Assembly (NCBI GenBank): GCA_002269645.1
Contig: NIVC01003544.1
Location: 1 to 46,976, forward strand
Origin: Macrostomum lignano
Lineage: Eukaryota
Reading direction: 5' to 3'
DNA: 46,976 nt
Under the pieces are notes generated by a model, which saw nothing but the letters and a program-made list of their open reading frames with translations, did no database searches and was not told the DNA's origin. A program made the translations under genes and the position numbers. Positions 34,101-44,927 of this stretch are shown one piece after another. The first letter of the stretch is position 1, and each line of letters begins with the position of its first letter.

Positions 34101-37100
34101 AAAGGTGAGCATTAGAGAGACGGGGAGAGCATTAGAGAGACGGGGAGAGCATTAGAGAGACAAAGGTGAGCATTAGAGAGACGGGGAGAGCATTAGAGAG
34201 ACGGGGAGAGCATTAGAGAGACAGTGAGAGCATTAGAGAGACGGGGAGAGCATTAGACAGACAGTGAGAGCATTAGAGAGACAAAGGTGAGCATTAGAGA
34301 GACGGGGAGAGCATTAGAGAGACAAAGGTGAGCATTAGAGAGACGGGGAGAGCATTAGAGAGACGGGGAGAGCATTAGAGAGACAGGGAGAGCATTAGCG
34401 AGACGGGGAGAGCATTAGCGAGACGGGGAGAGCATTAGAGAGACAGTGAGAGCATTAGAGAGACAAAGGTGAGCATTAGAGAGACGGGGAGTGCATTAGA
34501 GAGACAAAGGTGAGCATTAGAGAGACGGGGAGAGCATTAGAGAGACGGGGAGAGCATTAGAGAGACAGGGAGAGCATTAGCGAGACGGGGAGAGCATTAG
34601 CGAGACGGGGAGAGCATTAGAGAGACAGGGAGAGCATTAGAGAGACAAAGGTGAGCATTAGAGAGACGGGGAGAGCATTAGAGAGACAATTGTGAGCATT
34701 AGAGAGACGGGGAGAGCATTAGAGAGACAAAGGTGAGCATTAGAGAGACGGGGAGAGCATTAGAGAGACAAAGGTGTGAGCATTAGAGAGACGGGGAGAG
34801 CATTAGAGAGACAAAGGTGAGCATTAGAGAGACGGGGAGAGCATTAGAGAGACGGGGAGAGCATTAGAGAGACGGGGGGAGCATTAGAGAGACAAAGGTG
34901 AGCATTAGAGAGACGGGGAGAGCATTAGAGAGACAAAGGTGAGCATTAGCGAGCCAAGGCAGAGCTGTCATTTTGCTATAGTTGATAAGTTAATTAAACC
35001 GCCCTCACATCACTGGCGGATGAAAGAAATACACTCCCGATATAGGACGAATTTTTGGCATAAAAACACGTACACCAAAATATCCAGCTACGAATGGCAT
35101 TGTCACGGGACATCAATTTATATCTTAAATACGAGTACAAGTTTGGAAAAAAAATTGTAAGTTTTCATAGCAGTAGCATGTCGCTTAAAATTAGCGAAGT
35201 TTCATGAAATCTTTGAAAGCTTAAAATTTCAGCAGGAAGTGAAGAAAAGTTGGGCGTGGCGGGGGTTCTGATAAAAGTAGGTAGGCATTATGAGATATGC
35301 TAACATACCGTTTTAACAAACACTAAGAAACAAAAAAGCTAAAAAAACATTATTAACTCCACTGGTTTTGCATTAAACTTGTGGCTTGGAAGATGCTTTC
35401 TCGTAGGATGCAAACAGTGCTAGAGAACTAAATTAGACTATCCAGCCAATGGATAAATAATCAGCGGTCCCAGTGCGTGACAACGATTGTCTGGCGAGCG
35501 CCGGTTATTTATCCATTGCTTGCAGTAATGGATTGTTCTGCATTAAAAATGTGAATAATGATCGTCAAATTGCTAGACAATGCATTTCCTTCTATCTCAG
35601 TTGTCTATGCAAAAAATGCAGCTTTAAGCAAAATGAAAAGTTAAATCTTTCGCAGAGAACCAGAGCAACAGGAGGCCCAACCGCGGAGGCGGATGGCAGC
35701 TGCGGGTCAGCCAGACCTGCAGAAAGGCTTCTACGAACAGCTGACCAGCGAGAATTGCACGTCGGTGGGCGTCAGCATCAGCCTTCTGCTGCCGCTTGAA
35801 GCAAATGGCGATGGCCGGATCTGTGTGGTGGCGCTCTTCGATGAAAATATTGACAAGCCCGATGCCATGAATAACTGGGCTCAGCAGACGATAAACACCA
35901 GGGCCTATGCGCCATTTCTGACACTTTCTGCGGCGAGAATTTTCGCAGCTGTGGGCAGGTCATTGCGGAACGAAATTGCTACTGTTTATAACATCAGAGT
36001 GAATCAGCCGCAAGAGATTGCCAAACGCCTGAGCGACGAGTCGAAACGTTCGTGGCATCCGGACAGAGCAAACAACGCAATCTGTTCAGTATTGACTGCT
36101 GTAAAGGACCTCTCTTTGCGCGCCAAGTGTCTTCCTGACTTCGCCTTCGAGCTCCATTGCATTGTTTGTGACATAAAATCCACTCGTAAAAACATCAAGG
36201 AATTAATGAATTCCATAGAGCAAGACTGGGACCTCCTCATTCAAGGGCTGAGCAAATCTAGCAGCCAGAGCGTCGTGAACATAGTTGCATCGCTGAAGGC
36301 GCTACGAACACGATGGATCGACTACGAAACAGTAAAAGAGAAATGCAAGCTGTTGCTGACTTACGCAGACCGAGCGAAAGCTGGTGAAGACGTCCTGGCG
36401 GCTTTTATTCAAGAACCGGAATTGGACCTGACAACTAAGGGTGAAGCCACGAGTCTAAGCATGGAGCTGAAGCCGCACGCAGATACTCTTGAGAAGATTT
36501 CGAAAACAAGCAAAGAGAGTCTCATAATTCGTCAAATATTCCCGCCGAAAAACAGAAGCCCGGACAGCGTTGTTCTATCCTTGACCAAAAAACTGGAGAA
36601 GTTCGTAAATGACTCAATTCCGTTGCACGAACAGCTTGGAAAGCTAAGTGATTTCCGTCATCGGACCAAGAGGCGGCGCGATCGCTCTGAGCAACTAATG
36701 CAGTACTATAATGCAATGTGCTCCAAGGAGATGAGCACGGAAATCCTAGAGTCAAAGAACATCTCAACTGCTCTACTCGAACAGGCTTACGTAGTGTTTG
36801 AGCTTTCCAACAAGTTCGCTGAAGTTCAGTTAGGTCGAGTTCCGAGTTTTCTGAGGTCGAGCTTGCTGGAAATTGCACAGGCAGTTGGCAGAATCTCCGA
36901 GGAGCAGATGCGCCTATTTGAGCCCGGCTTTCCGTTAAGTGAGCGAGTGCCAGCTCAATGGACCGAGTGCGCTAGCAGTAGAACACTCTGGTTCGTGTTA
37001 GTTGGTACACACAGCATAGTGGAATCCAAGGAGCTGCTGAGTGACCTCAAAGACAGGAGCTCAAAGAAGAGTCTGAAAATGTTTCGGAAAGCGAATTTGG

Positions 37101-37501
37101 TGAAGGAATTACCGAACGCCCTGGAAATCGACGAGCAGCTGCTGAACCTGCGCAATGAGATAACCGAGTTGGCCAAGCCCCTGGTGGGGCGAGGCCATGC
37201 AGACAAGCTACTGCGAGCTGCCTTCACAAATCTGCGCGGCCTAATGCTGGATTTAGTGAACGTGATCGCTACCAAACCAGTGCACGCTGAATTCAATTCG
37301 CTATTCAATGCGTTGGATGCCTATGCGAGAAATGTGTTGAATCAGACTGCAGAGATGGTGCAGGACGAGAAGAATTGGGATTCGATCGAAAAGGAGCTTA
37401 TCGAGCTGACAGAGTCACTGCATGCTCGCGCAGTGGAGCTGTTTTGCTACTCTGAGACTTTCAAACGACCCTGCCAGGGTTACATTCGCATTGGTTTCTG
37501 A
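31171..37501 (+). CDS. Two-exon uncharacterised ~787-aa protein, paralogue B (exons 31171-31688 and 35656-37501)
   Basis: Same Kozak ATG, same phase-2 donor AGACG|GTGAGT and same acceptor TCTTTCGCAG|A 37 nt before the ATG at 35693 (EPEQQEAQPRRRM). Total CDS 2364 nt. Confidence 0.85.
32105..33603. repeat. 20-bp minisatellite (ATTAGAGAGACAGGGAGAGC)n in the intron of paralogue B, block 1
   Basis: Same unit as 19315-21905. Confidence 0.97.
34070..34950. repeat. 20-bp minisatellite, block 2 (variants ...GACGGGGAGAGC and 21-bp ...GACAAAGGTGAGC), copy B only
   Basis: Directly visible. Confidence 0.95.
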
Positions 37502-38365
37502 GTGGCCTTCGCGATCACCTGCTGACTCAGTCCATAATGAGGACAAACTGTTGCATATTTTCTCAGTACGACGCTTTTCATTTCACTTTTTACCCTTCTG
37601 CTGCATCTCCTCAGATCCTGCAGCTTTGTTCGTTCAGTTTTATCGAAATCAAAGCTGCGTCAAAATTTCCATTTGAGTTCTGAGAGAAGCTTGCGAATCC
37701 TGCGTTTAGAAGGTGTTGAAAACTTTGGCGCAGATTTGAATTTGCTCAATTGGTTTTCAGGTGATTGGTGAATTAATGAAAAAACTAATGAATTACAATA
37801 TCTCAAGCTCCGCTTTCTACTTGTATATTCACTTTAATTCAGTTTGCACTGTCCATATAGCGCCATGAAATCAAGATTTGTGCAACGGGCATTTTGAAGC
37901 TTCTTAGAAACTTTAATTTTTGTAACAGGCGTAAAGTATCCGAATTTTTTTGAGTTCATGAGCTGTGGTCTTTGTTAAGCTATTGTCAATGTTCATATAA
38001 TTAGTGTCGTTCAGAATGCCCTGCGCAAAGTTGATATTTTATGCAACGAGACTTCGTTTTGTGCTAATTTGAGAAAAACAATAGATCGATCCCATTTTTT
38101 ATTTCCATGTGACTTTCGCGTTTTTATTCCTAAAATATTTAATTGATTTTATAACCAATTATCCAGTAGTTGCCAATTTAATAGGCTTTCAGTCAGTTAT
38201 TGTTCTAGCAAATAAACATTCGATATTCGTTGCATTTCGTAGATTTTCGTTTCAAATTTGCGGCTTTTCCCACGTTTTTTGGGCATTCTATTACAGCAGT
38301 CAAAACCAGCAATATGTCACCTCATTCAGTCAGTCCTATTTCTCCTGACTTGGTCGCTGCAAGTC

Positions 38366-38938
38366 CCTCTGCTAAGCTCCCATCAAGACTATCAGCCCTC
38401 TGCTAAGCTCCCATCAAGACTCTCAGCCCTCTGCTAAGCTCCCATCAAGACTCAGCCCTTCTGCTAAGCTCCCATCAAGACTCAATCTTCTGCTAAGCTC
38501 CCATCAAGACTCAGCCCTCTGCTAAGCTCCCATCAAGACTCAATCTTCTGCTAAGCTCCCATCAAGACTCAATCTTCTGCTAAGCTCCCATCAAGACTCA
38601 ATCTTCTGCTAAGCTCCCATCAAGACTCAATCTTCTGCTAAGCTCCCATCAAGACTCAATCTTCTGCTAAGCTCTCAATCTTCTGCTAAGCTCCAATCAA
38701 GACTCAATCTTCTGCTAAGCTCCCATCAAGACTCATCGAGCCCTCTGCTAAGCTCCCATCAAGACTCATCGAGCCCTCTGCTAAGCTCCCATCAAGACTC
38801 ATCGAGCCCTCTGCTAAGCTCCCATCAAGACTCAGCCCTCTGCTAAGCTCCCATCAAGACTCAGCCCTCTGCTAAGCTCCCATCAAGACTCAATCTTCTG
38901 CTAAGCTCCCATCAAGACTCAATCTTCTGCTAAGCTTC
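38366..38938. repeat. 29-33-bp tandem array related to 25488-26038
   Basis: Units such as AAGACTCAATCTTCTGCTAAGCTCCCATC and AAGACTCATCGAGCCCTCTGCTAAGCTCCCATC. Confidence 0.93.
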
Positions 38939-39807
38939 CATAATTTATCAATAGTTGTAGATACCTTACAGTGTAAAGTAAAACTGTGAAGCTTAAACTG
39001 CTACTCAAAACTTAGATCTTGAGTTCAGCGGTTTCTAGGGTGTAAATATATTATTTCTACATCTGCTGCATTCAAATTTGAACCAGAAGCAACAAAATTG
39101 ACAAATTGTTAATCAATTCTGACACAATAACAAAACGAATTGGATTCCCAATCAATTGTGGCAGCTTTGGCAGCACCAAAATCGGATTCCTTATCAATTT
39201 TGACTATCTTCATGTCAATAACGACAATTTGCATTAAATGTTGACGCCGTGTATTCAGTTTTGACAGAATGCCTAATACATTGCATTTTTTGTTGTCGCA
39301 AATCACAATTTCTTGTATGTACATTTGGTAATTGTTCTTTAAAAACTAAAAGCAAAGAATGTAACTGGGTTAATAAAAATTAAGTAAGGCATTCCCTTTG
39401 TCGGAAGCTCTTGTTCTGAGCAATGCTTAGCAATGCTTCAGGTGCGGAGAGCTCGCGAAGCTGCCTCTGAGCAAATAGTTGAAAGTCTGATGTCTATAGG
39501 TTTAACTAGGCGATTCAACCACAACATAGGACCAAAGACCAGCTGATAAAATCCCAGCCACCAGCATCTCACTCAACAAAGTTCAGCATCTCAGCATCAC
39601 CCCCCCCCAGACATCCCTTACACATCGTTCCCCTCAGCATCATTATCCCTGATCACTGACAGCACTACCACACAGTATCCGTGAGTCCCGCTCAATTCTA
39701 TAAATTGGTGTAAAATTATTGAATACTCTCTAGTAGCAATAGAGATTTTATTAGCCTTCAAGCAGGTAAGTAAATATAAATGTGTTTTGACGAAATGTAG
39801 TATGAAA

Positions 39808-40171
39808 TATTATTTTATTAGAGGCAGGGGCTGTGTGCACCCTGGTGCACTTTCAGCGACATTGCAATTGTCACAACCGGCGAGAGGCGCAGGCACAGAG
39901 CAGGCCCACAAGCGCGCAGATACATACGCAGTCATACGCACAGGCACACACACTCATATATACACTCGCATAGAGCGAACCCAACTTTATTCATCGTGAG
40001 GCATGTACACTTCACTGTACATTGGGGGTTGGCCCTCCATGGGGTTAATTACACGAGCAGAGCCAAGCCGAGATATCCCAATTTAGCCCCAAGTTAATGT
40101 GACTTCACTTGGAATCGAGCCTGGGCCGCTGGCACATCAGAGCGCCGCGCTGGACCACTGGGCTGCGCCCC
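39808..40171 (-). mobile_element. Candidate tRNA-derived SINE
   Basis: The minus strand begins GGGGCGCAGCCCAGTGGTCCAGCGCG (A-box-like) ... CCAGGCTCGATTCC (B-box-like). The acceptor stem does not pair. It ends in A-rich TAATAAAATAATA. Confidence 0.45.
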
Positions 40172-40259
40172 TTCGATGCCTCACAATGAATTCCAAATAA
40201 CTTTTGACGCACGTGGTGGACTCGAACCACCGCTAGTTCATTTCGATGTGTCTGGACAT

Positions 40260-40590
40260 CAAAGGGCCTGTCAACTTAATTGCTCATAAAGTGGAGCCGA
40301 GTAACCTATGTACAAAAATGATGCGTCATTCTGCTCACAGTGACACCAGGAAGCAGGATTGAACTTAAGACAACAAGCAATGGGGATAATTAGGGACTAT
40401 TTTGTCAACTTAAGCTCCTAAAGTAGAGTCCCTAATTATCCCCTTGCTTGCTCTCCCTATCCCAAGTCCAATTTTCGTCGCTTTTTACCAAACTCAGCTT
40501 CCTGGTGTCATTGTGAGCAGAATGACATATCATTTCTGTGCATAGGTTACTCGAACTCCACTTTATGAGCTTAAGCTGACAGGCCCTTTG
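40260..40590. mobile_element. 331-bp foldback MITE with ~95-bp imperfect TIRs
   Basis: CAAAGGGCCTGTCAACTTAA..CTCATAAAGTGGAG..GAGTAACCTATG..TCATTCTGCTCACAGTGACACCAGGAAGC is mirrored at 40497-40590. An inner IR reads GGGGATAATTAGGGACT / AGTCCCTAATTATCCCC. Confidence 0.8.
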
Positions 40591-40991
40591 CTAGCAGTAA
40601 ATCTCGAGTCCAATTGCCATCAAGCGACTTCCGTATTCATATGTTACGCTTGTAAAAATGTCTGTAAGTCTGTAAGGGCCAGCAACCAGACTGATTCCGC
40701 TGCCATGCCAGTCAGTTTGTCATCAGATAATTACACTCGATTATTTTTTGAGCCGGAAAGGCTCAATTTTTCGCTCTACAGTTGAAGGGCAATTTAGCTA
40801 TTTACATGCATTCAGTAGATACTCTCGTATACGTGGAATGAGTTTTGCTAACTTGGTGGGACAAGCTGCATACTATGCATGCATCTACAAAATGCGCTCA
40901 AACTCAGTATAAAGCTACAGTATAAAGTCCGGCTAAAACTGTCGAATTCTCTGAAAGATTCTCAGAAAGCCCCGGTTTGCCTGGAGAGAGC

Positions 40992-42876
40992 ATGTCTGCA
41001 AGGAAAGCGGTGGAGGACGCCATTGCTAGCAGCTCTGCTCATGGCATCAGCAGAGCAGTCGGTTCAAGGTCGCCAGTCCTGAGGGTCATGTGGACGCTTC
41101 TCTTCTTTGTATTTTTAATTCTGTGCTGCAAAAGCGCGTCGAACATGGTGGACAGGCTCATCAACATCTCCGTGGTCAAAACCTACGAGTCTGATGCGGT
41201 GTCGTTCGAGACTCCCGACCTGTACTTCTGCCCGAATCTAATATACTCAGGTAGCATTCCATACACACTGACGGAGTCCGAAGTTAAGGCAATAAATGAA
41301 GAAGTCGAGAGGCTGAGCAAGCTTTATGACGAGCTCTACTGCGCCAATAGCACCGACTTTTGTACTCGAGGAGAGGATGCCGCGTTTCGAAGAGTAGCCC
41401 GAATCCAGCTGTCCATGCCAGTGCAAATCCTCAGCAAGAACTTGCTGCAGCATGAGAACCAGTCCTTTCTTGTGTGGCCGTTCAACCTGTACCAGACCTA
41501 CTCGGAGGACATCGACTACGCCGACCGAGCTGTCTTCATACACCCGGACAACAGCATCTGCTTCAAGGTGACTGTGCCGGAAAAAAATTCAGAGAGCCTG
41601 TGCTACAAGCGAGCTGTTCTCTATTCGATGCTGTTTGTTGATCCGCACATTCCCGAGTTAGTTTATTCTGGAGCAGAGATCAGGCCAATAGTGAACCCGT
41701 GGCTCAACGAGAGAATTCCGTTTCAATTCTGGCAAGCCAACCGTCGCTACCATAGCGTGGAGAGTCTGGGATTCACTCTGCAGGTGGTTCCCAAGGGAAC
41801 GTACCCGTCCATGCTGCACGAGACCAAGCTAAGTCTGGCGGCTGGGAGATCTTATCACGTGACTATCAGCATGGAAGAGACAATTCATAGTCCGGAACTC
41901 TACGGCAAGTACTGCAATCCCAACCAGGAAGTTGCCATCTTCCAGAACCAACTTACTGGTGAAAGACAGGAGTTTAAAAGCAGCAGAGCGTCCTGCTTCT
42001 ACACAAGAATGAACAGTCTGCTGCAGAAAAAGTTCCAGTTTGTGTTTTCCCTGTACCCGAAACCTTGGAGTCTGAGGAACGTACCCAGATTCGAAAATAT
42101 GACCGAGATCGGCATAAAGAAGCTTTCAGTTGCAAATTTATCCCTGCATGAGGTTCGATATTTCATTGATAGTCACACACAGAAGGTAGTAAACGATTGC
42201 TTGAAAGAGCAACCTTGTGTATATAATGAATACACTGCGACCTCCACGTCCGTGAAGTGGCCGCGTGCTGGCCGACCGCTCGCCCAATGGTTCGTGAGAG
42301 AATATGATAAAGACATCGGACTTCGAGCACACCCGGAGTACTCTTTTTATGGCCGCCCTGCTACTAAGCAACTGGTCAAACTGTCAAAACGGATTCTGCT
42401 AGGCAAGAACCATTTATTTCCTGAATAATGTTATCTTTATCATCGAGGTTTTGCATATACAAGGAATTATCAAAGTACATATTTGAATCTTCTTTTTAGA
42501 CAACTGCACAGCTCATGAAAAGCTCCTGTTCAAGAACTTTGTTGAGGAGTCTATGATAGAGGTCAAGATTGCCGTGAAAAGTCATCAGTCAGCGAGGATT
42601 GTCATTGCCTACTCCTACTCGTGGACGGCCTTCCTTGCAGACGTCGGCGGCCTCCTCGGCCTGTACATCGGCTGTAGCCTGCTCACGGTCTGCGAGCTGC
42701 TGGAGCTGGCCTACCACTTGCTGAGCGGCATTTCTACTGCAGCTCAGACTGGCCGTCAGGGGCGGGAGTCCGACGACAAAGATCCGACAGCGGTCGCCAT
42801 TGGCGTCAGCAAAACTGAGAGCGGAGAGTGCGTAATAAATATTGATGAGATGAGTGCGCTGCCGGATGCACAATAA
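40992..42876 (+). CDS. DEG/ENaC (amiloride-sensitive channel family) subunit, ~595 aa; exons 40992-42402 and 42500-42876
   Basis: N-terminal SSAHG (HG motif), TM1 RVMWTLLFFVFLILC, post-TM1 PDLYFCPN, and C-terminal FLADVGGLLGLYIGCSLLTVCELLE (TM2 with GxS filter). The exons join in phase 1 through a GC-AG intron. Confidence 0.9.
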
Positions 42877-43332
42877 AAACCAGAGGTAGAAAAGAAAGTA
42901 CAATCCGTAATCACAGTCCTTCTACATAATGTATTGTACAGTGTACGTCTCGTTTTATCTTTAATTCAAATTCTTTTGTAGATAGATACATGTACATGTA
43001 ATTTAGCAATCTTAATATGCATTTTGGCATTGCCTATAGCTAATGTTCCTCTCTGGAGGTTAAGCTGCAACATGTACCTGCAACTGCGCTGAAGTTACAT
43101 GTATATTTTTTTACTTGTATTGTAGGAATTATACTGCTCCATATGCTTGCAGGCTCGTCCCAGGTCTGAAATTTCTTCCTAGGTTACATATTCAAGTATA
43201 TTTTCCCTTCGAGACCCGTTTTCAACTCTATATTCGTAGTAATTTCCAAGACCTGTTATATTAATCTTTATCTGTTCGATTACTTTGGCCTAGTACTTGT
43301 TCTGGGGATTTGCCTATCCTTAACATATTTAA

Positions 43333-44272
43333 CAGTAGGAATACCAAGCCATTTTTCCGCCCCTCGAACTACCAAGGGGGGGGGAATTTCCCCCCTCCCT
43401 GACAATTTTTTTGCTGCGCCGGAACGGAGCAACGCAGGCACACGAAATTCACGGGCCAACTTTTTTTGCGCACCTTCTCAAACAAGAATCAAGTCGCTAG
43501 CCCTTCGGACCGTCGAGATATTCGGCGATTCTGCCAGAAGGTCGGATTTTTCCCATAAGCGCTAGTGTATTCAGTACACCCCTGTGCGCCAATCAGCACT
43601 GCGTCTCAGCACGGCGTCGGGGTGATGGCTGAATGCTTGACTGACAGCTGAGAATGTCCAGCAGTTGATTTTTGCCCACTGTCGAGGCTTGATCAGCGAA
43701 ACTAGAGAAATTCTTATCAGGCTGTCCATAGTCATCTAGTGTAATCTGTTGAAGGAGCCGACGGCGTCGGGATGATGACGGAATGCTTGAGAGACTAGCT
43801 GAGAATGTCTGACGGTTGATTCTTGCCCACTGTCGAGGCTTGATCGGCGAAACTAGAGACATCCGCATCAGGGTGTCCATAGTCACCTGGTGCCACATCT
43901 GTTGAGGGTCCAGAAGCTCCACCTGGGTGAAGGCTAGTGACCAACGAAGTCAGAACTGATGCAGACACATGTGGTCGACGTGCTGATGAAATTTGGAGAC
44001 TTGGCAAGGCTGCACTGAGACGCAGTGCTGATTGGCGCACAGGGGTGTACTGAATACACTAGCGCTTATGGGGAAAATCCGACCTTCTTGCAGAATCGTC
44101 GAATATCTCGACGGTCCGAAGGGCTGGCGACTTGATTCTTGTTTGAGAAGGTGCGCAACAAAAATTTAGCCCGTGTTCTTGAATTTCGTGTGCCTGCGTT
44201 GCTCCGTTCCGGCGCAGCAAAAAAATTGTCAGGGGGGGGGGAATTTTCCTCCCCCCCTTGGTAGTTCTACTG
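43333..44272. mobile_element. ~940-bp non-autonomous DNA transposon with ~245-bp TIRs, flanked by TTAA
   Basis: 43366-43609 is the near-perfect reverse complement of 44015-44266. Outer termini are TTAA|CAGTAG ... CTACTG|TTAA. Internal 150-bp tandem duplication at 43611 and 43761. Confidence 0.85.
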
Positions 44273-44318
44273 TTAATATGAAGTATCAGGCATATACTAT
44301 TAGGTATATAACGTCACC

Positions 44319-44523
44319 TAGGGGCGGATTTAGGTGGAGGCGCACAGGGCGCACACCCCGGTCGAGTTTGAGTTTTGTATTTTTTATGGAAAATGCACAC
44401 ATTATCGAGTCCATAGTTGTCCTTGACATATACATGTACATGATATATATACATGACATGGTACATATATTACCTTATAGCAATCTGCGCCCCTCCAGTC
44501 AAAATTTTCTGGATCCGCACCTA
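44319..44523. mobile_element. ~205-bp MITE with GGGGCGGATxxAG-type TIRs (hAT-like termini)
   Basis: TAGGGGCGGATTTAG ... CTGGATCCGCACCTA. No 8-bp TSD recognised. Confidence 0.55.
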
Positions 44524-44537
44524 CACTAACGCTGCAG

Positions 44538-44927
44538 TACCCTAGAGGACATTCTGTTTCTCAAACTTAGCAGATCTTGTCTCTGTGCCATTCTTAGAAG
44601 ATCTTCTCAATCTGCTCGGTTCTTGCAGGATCTTCTAAGATGGGAGGTACATTTGTTTTGTTATTCATTTGGCTAAAGTGTTCTAGCTGAACAATATTTT
44701 ATTTTATGACAATATATGGCAATAAATTTAAGAAAATATGCGATTCGAAGCTATAAAAAGATATAAAAGCTAAGATATTGTACGATGTAGCAAGTCTCTC
44801 AGATCTGGTAAGTTTACCTAAGTATTATATAGCAAAGATCTTGCACTTTCTTGCAAGTACTTGCGCAGCAACCCAAGATTATAGACAAGTTCTGCTAAGA
44901 ATCAACAAGTCAATGTCTTCTAGGGTA
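44538..44927. mobile_element. ~390-bp MITE with TA|CCCTAG ... CTAGGG|TA termini
   Basis: TACCCTAGAGGACATT..CTTAGCAGATCTTGTCT pairs imperfectly with AGACAAGTTCTGCTAAG..AATGTCTTCTAGGGTA. Confidence 0.65.

Larger units (their letters stand above)
30720..38938 (+). repeat. Segmental duplication, copy B (paralogue of 17500-27205)
   Basis: Colinear homology to copy A from the inverted-repeat module to the 31-bp array. Confidence 0.93.

Noticed and set aside
39109-39324. Short minus ORF with an OB-fold-like NVLGI phrase
   Set aside because: Too short, AT-rich and without supporting motifs.
40095-40171. Intact tRNA gene
   Set aside because: Acceptor stem and anticodon arm do not pair; treated as a SINE head.
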